Shown: piece after piece, positions 61,021 through 64,000 of the stretch
How positions within the stretch are numbered: the stretch's first letter is position 1
Layout: every line of letters begins with the position of its first letter
Assembly (NCBI RefSeq): GCF_964355755.1
Contig: NC_092670.1
Span: 9,414,201-9,478,200, forward strand
From: Antedon mediterranea
Lineage: Eukaryota > Animalia > Echinodermata
Direction of reading: 5' to 3'
Length of the DNA stretch: 64,000 nucleotides
Translations under genes and position numbers: made by a program
The notes under the pieces: generated by a model
The model's input: only the letters and a program-made list of their open reading frames with translations
Told to the model about the DNA's origin: nothing
The model's database searches: none

Positions 61021-64000
61021 ACAAAAGAGAATTAAAATAATTGAACTGACAGATGTTGCTTCATGTGTGTATTATTATGAAATATGATACCTAGATATTT
61101 AACATAATAATTAGAAGTAACGTGATCGTTTCTAAATTTAACTCGATGGTCTACTACAACTTGTTATTGAACTATGACGTCCAACAGAACAAATACAGCA
61201 TCAAATAATATGCACAGTTCTTGCGCATTTAATTTGTGTATGTTGGTATTATATTTTTATAATTTAACTTCTTTAACTTTTTAAAATTTGTATGTAATAC
61301 ATAGCATGCTTGTAGCTATTTCTTTGTCATTTTTATCGTTTTTTTTTCATACACTACGGTACAATAAATAATATTGGGCCACAATTTGATGGTGTAAAAC
61401 TAAGAAAACATAGAACACTCAGTTGTATAACTTTTATATGATATGTTACAGTCTCTAAACCACTACCGTATTTATAAATTTTAAAAAATTCTTAAGAACT
61501 TAGAAATACTCGCAAGGTTTTATGAAATACATTATTACAAAAATGATGTGAATGTGCTATGACCCTGAACTATACATTATGAATGTTCCGATGACCCTGA
61601 TCAACTTAGTAAAGTTTCAACTGAATCATATAGTACTTAAGCATAAAGCACGTCTTATAATCTCTTAATGAATGTTTCAACATATCTGGTGAAGGACAGT
61701 GCAGTGCCAAATGTTTACATTCTACAAATTAATTTCATATATAAAATTTCAAAATTGCGGGTCTCTTAGGGCTTAGCCACTGTTTTTTCTTTCCCTCGTT
61801 AGTTTTGATTTTTTTTGATAAATATTGAAAATACAAGCATTAAAAGTATATTACCTATCCTATGTTATATGTTTATTGAATGACTATATCAAAAATTAAT
61901 TTGGCCAAGAAAATGTCAAAAATTGTGGTTCTTAGAAATATATGAAATAATAAGTTTTATCTTTTTTTTCTGTTTTATGTGACATTAATACATCTATACT
62001 ACTGTCATATAATAATTTTCAACCATAAATTAAAAATAAAATATACATTTTTTAAATGATTTTACAGTACATACACATTTATCATTTTAATTATATTATA
62101 TTCATCATGTTGATTTGTTTTTCAAATAAATATTCTACTGTATTTTACACATTTTATCATATTGAAAATGTGATTGCTTAGCAATTACTGTTCTTTGCGT
62201 TTTCGATTGTTGTGACCAAATAAAAATGACCAGATATTGAACAAATCAGTATCCTGTTTTTCAGAATTTAAAAAAAGTTAAAAAAAAAAGAAGAAAAGTA
62301 TTGTCCGTTTGAGACACAGACATCAAACATCATCATGACACTAAAGTTAGTAGTATTCATGGCCAGTCTAACAGAATGTCAACAAAAGCAACGCTTCGAT
62401 AACGATCTTTATTATATAAGTTTAATAAACGAGGTCGCTATACTGACCTGTGATGGATATCAAGATGAACGCCTGTTTTGGCTGTTTGATATACTTTAGT
62501 AACAATCTAACTACACTGATTCAATCTCTGAAAGAATGGTATTATAGATAAGTTTCTGATTGGCATATTGTGGGGAGGGGGTCAGCATATCTACTTCATA
62601 TTTATTTTGGATAAGATAAATGACTAATCTAAAAGTATATTTTGTGCCTAGCTTACCTGGATAAACTAACAAGGGCCTTATTCTCTCGGAAGAGCAAAAT
62701 ATACTCGAAAAGTAGAAAATTCATTGAACACCCCTCTCCATAAATGATACAGTCCCCAAACCACGTTCTCAATTGGTTTTATATCACATGGCATGCATTA
62801 TTTCTACCATTTTAATGATTAGGGCTACTATTGCACTGTCTGGTGAATGTGTGTTCAAATAACTTGGAGAATGGCCATATTGATCTACTTCTCTACATGA
62901 CAGAAAAATCAAAGAGCCACTCTTTTCAATGGCCTAACTTCTGATGATCAAGAAAAAAACGCAGTGAATTAATCTAATAAAAATTCAAACACTACGTTCG
63001 TTTTAAAATAATAAATGTTTTTATTCATTTAAATTTGACTCTGCATCATTAAACAGTCAAATTCGACTTTCTACATTAACAATAACATTCAGAATTTGTG
63101 TACCAATTTTAATTCATTTAAAGTAAACATACAGTGCTATTGAATTTTCTCTTTCTACTTTTTACTTACAGAAACATTGGGGAACATGGTAATTATCAAA
63201 TGCTATGTTCAAGGTCGTCTTAATAAAATAAATTAGGACGCAACAATCAATACTGCGTACAATAAATATACATTGTACCTTCTTCCACCCAGAAACGAGG
63301 ATGTACTCGAAGACAGACACATTACATGTGACATACAAATTGCGTCCTAGACCCTGTTTCAACATGTCTACACAGCAGGAAGTGAACAAGTTTGGACAAA
63401 ACTGAAGATACAGAACACACGCTCGTTCACACCTCACGTACACGCATTTAAAAATGTTTAATCATTCAGCCCAGAAATTTGGGAAGATAAAAATGATTTA
63501 ATTAATTTGAAGTGCATAAAACACACTATAAGACAAGTTTAATTTAAATTGATGGTTTATGTTTGAAATAAAGCCAACACACGTTACATAAACAGATATT
63601 GTTGACTCATTTGGTCATTATCGTATTTGAAAATTGAACTTAAACATTTACAACACTACATTCAATTTAATTTCATGTGAAGTGAAATGTAATGCTTTCA
63701 AATTTTGCTACTAAACAAAACTATATATTTTTAAAACTTGTTAAAAGAGAATTGTATAAAAGGGAATTTAACAGTTATAATTTGTGCTAGGTAGAATACT
63801 TTGACGACGAATTTCCTGCTTACACCCCACACTCAGAATAATTACATATTTGAACTTTACCAAATTTGTTATGTTATATAGGTGTGCTTGTAAGCTTTAA
63901 CCTGAGGGTGGGTTCCTCTCTGTACAATATAAATATATTCTATTTTATGCTACAAATCTAATGTAACTTAAATTATAATAAAAACAATTTAACTACATAT

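Noticed and set aside
63162-63443. 93-aa minus-strand ORF with splice-like borders
   Set aside because: No recognisable similarity to SMARCD or any family, so it cannot be supported as coding.

Overview
AT-rich (roughly 30% GC by eye), intron-rich animal genomic DNA. It is most likely from a marine invertebrate deuterostome (echinoderm-like); this is an inference from the repeat landscape and is not proven. Three spliced genes were reconstructed by hand. (1) A complete 12-coding-exon glycylpeptide N-myristoyltransferase (NMT, minus strand, 6176-13758, 488 aa). (2) A divergently transcribed 5-exon VOPP1/WBP1-family membrane protein with PPxY motifs (plus strand, 18538-23841, 191 aa). (3) The six 3' exons of SMARCD/BAF60 (minus strand, 26564-46953), whose 5' exons were not found and probably lie beyond the window. 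The rest is dense with mobile DNA: a Helitron, L2/CR1/Rex/RTE LINE fragments, PIF/Harbinger-type and Kolobok-type MITEs, a 1.26-kb foldback element and many minisatellites. The most notable observations are a chimeric 5S rRNA + tRNA + Deu-domain SINE (two copies), a 2.3-kb Kolobok element with a decayed P2X7-ballast-like (KolX) gene, an intronic higher-order satellite built from a copy of the neighbouring NMT exon, MITEs and repeats sitting tightly against exons, and stacked nuclear-receptor half-sites in the foldback next to a promoter. No prokaryotic-type system such as CRISPR is present, and most long ORFs in the supplied track are repeat artefacts.
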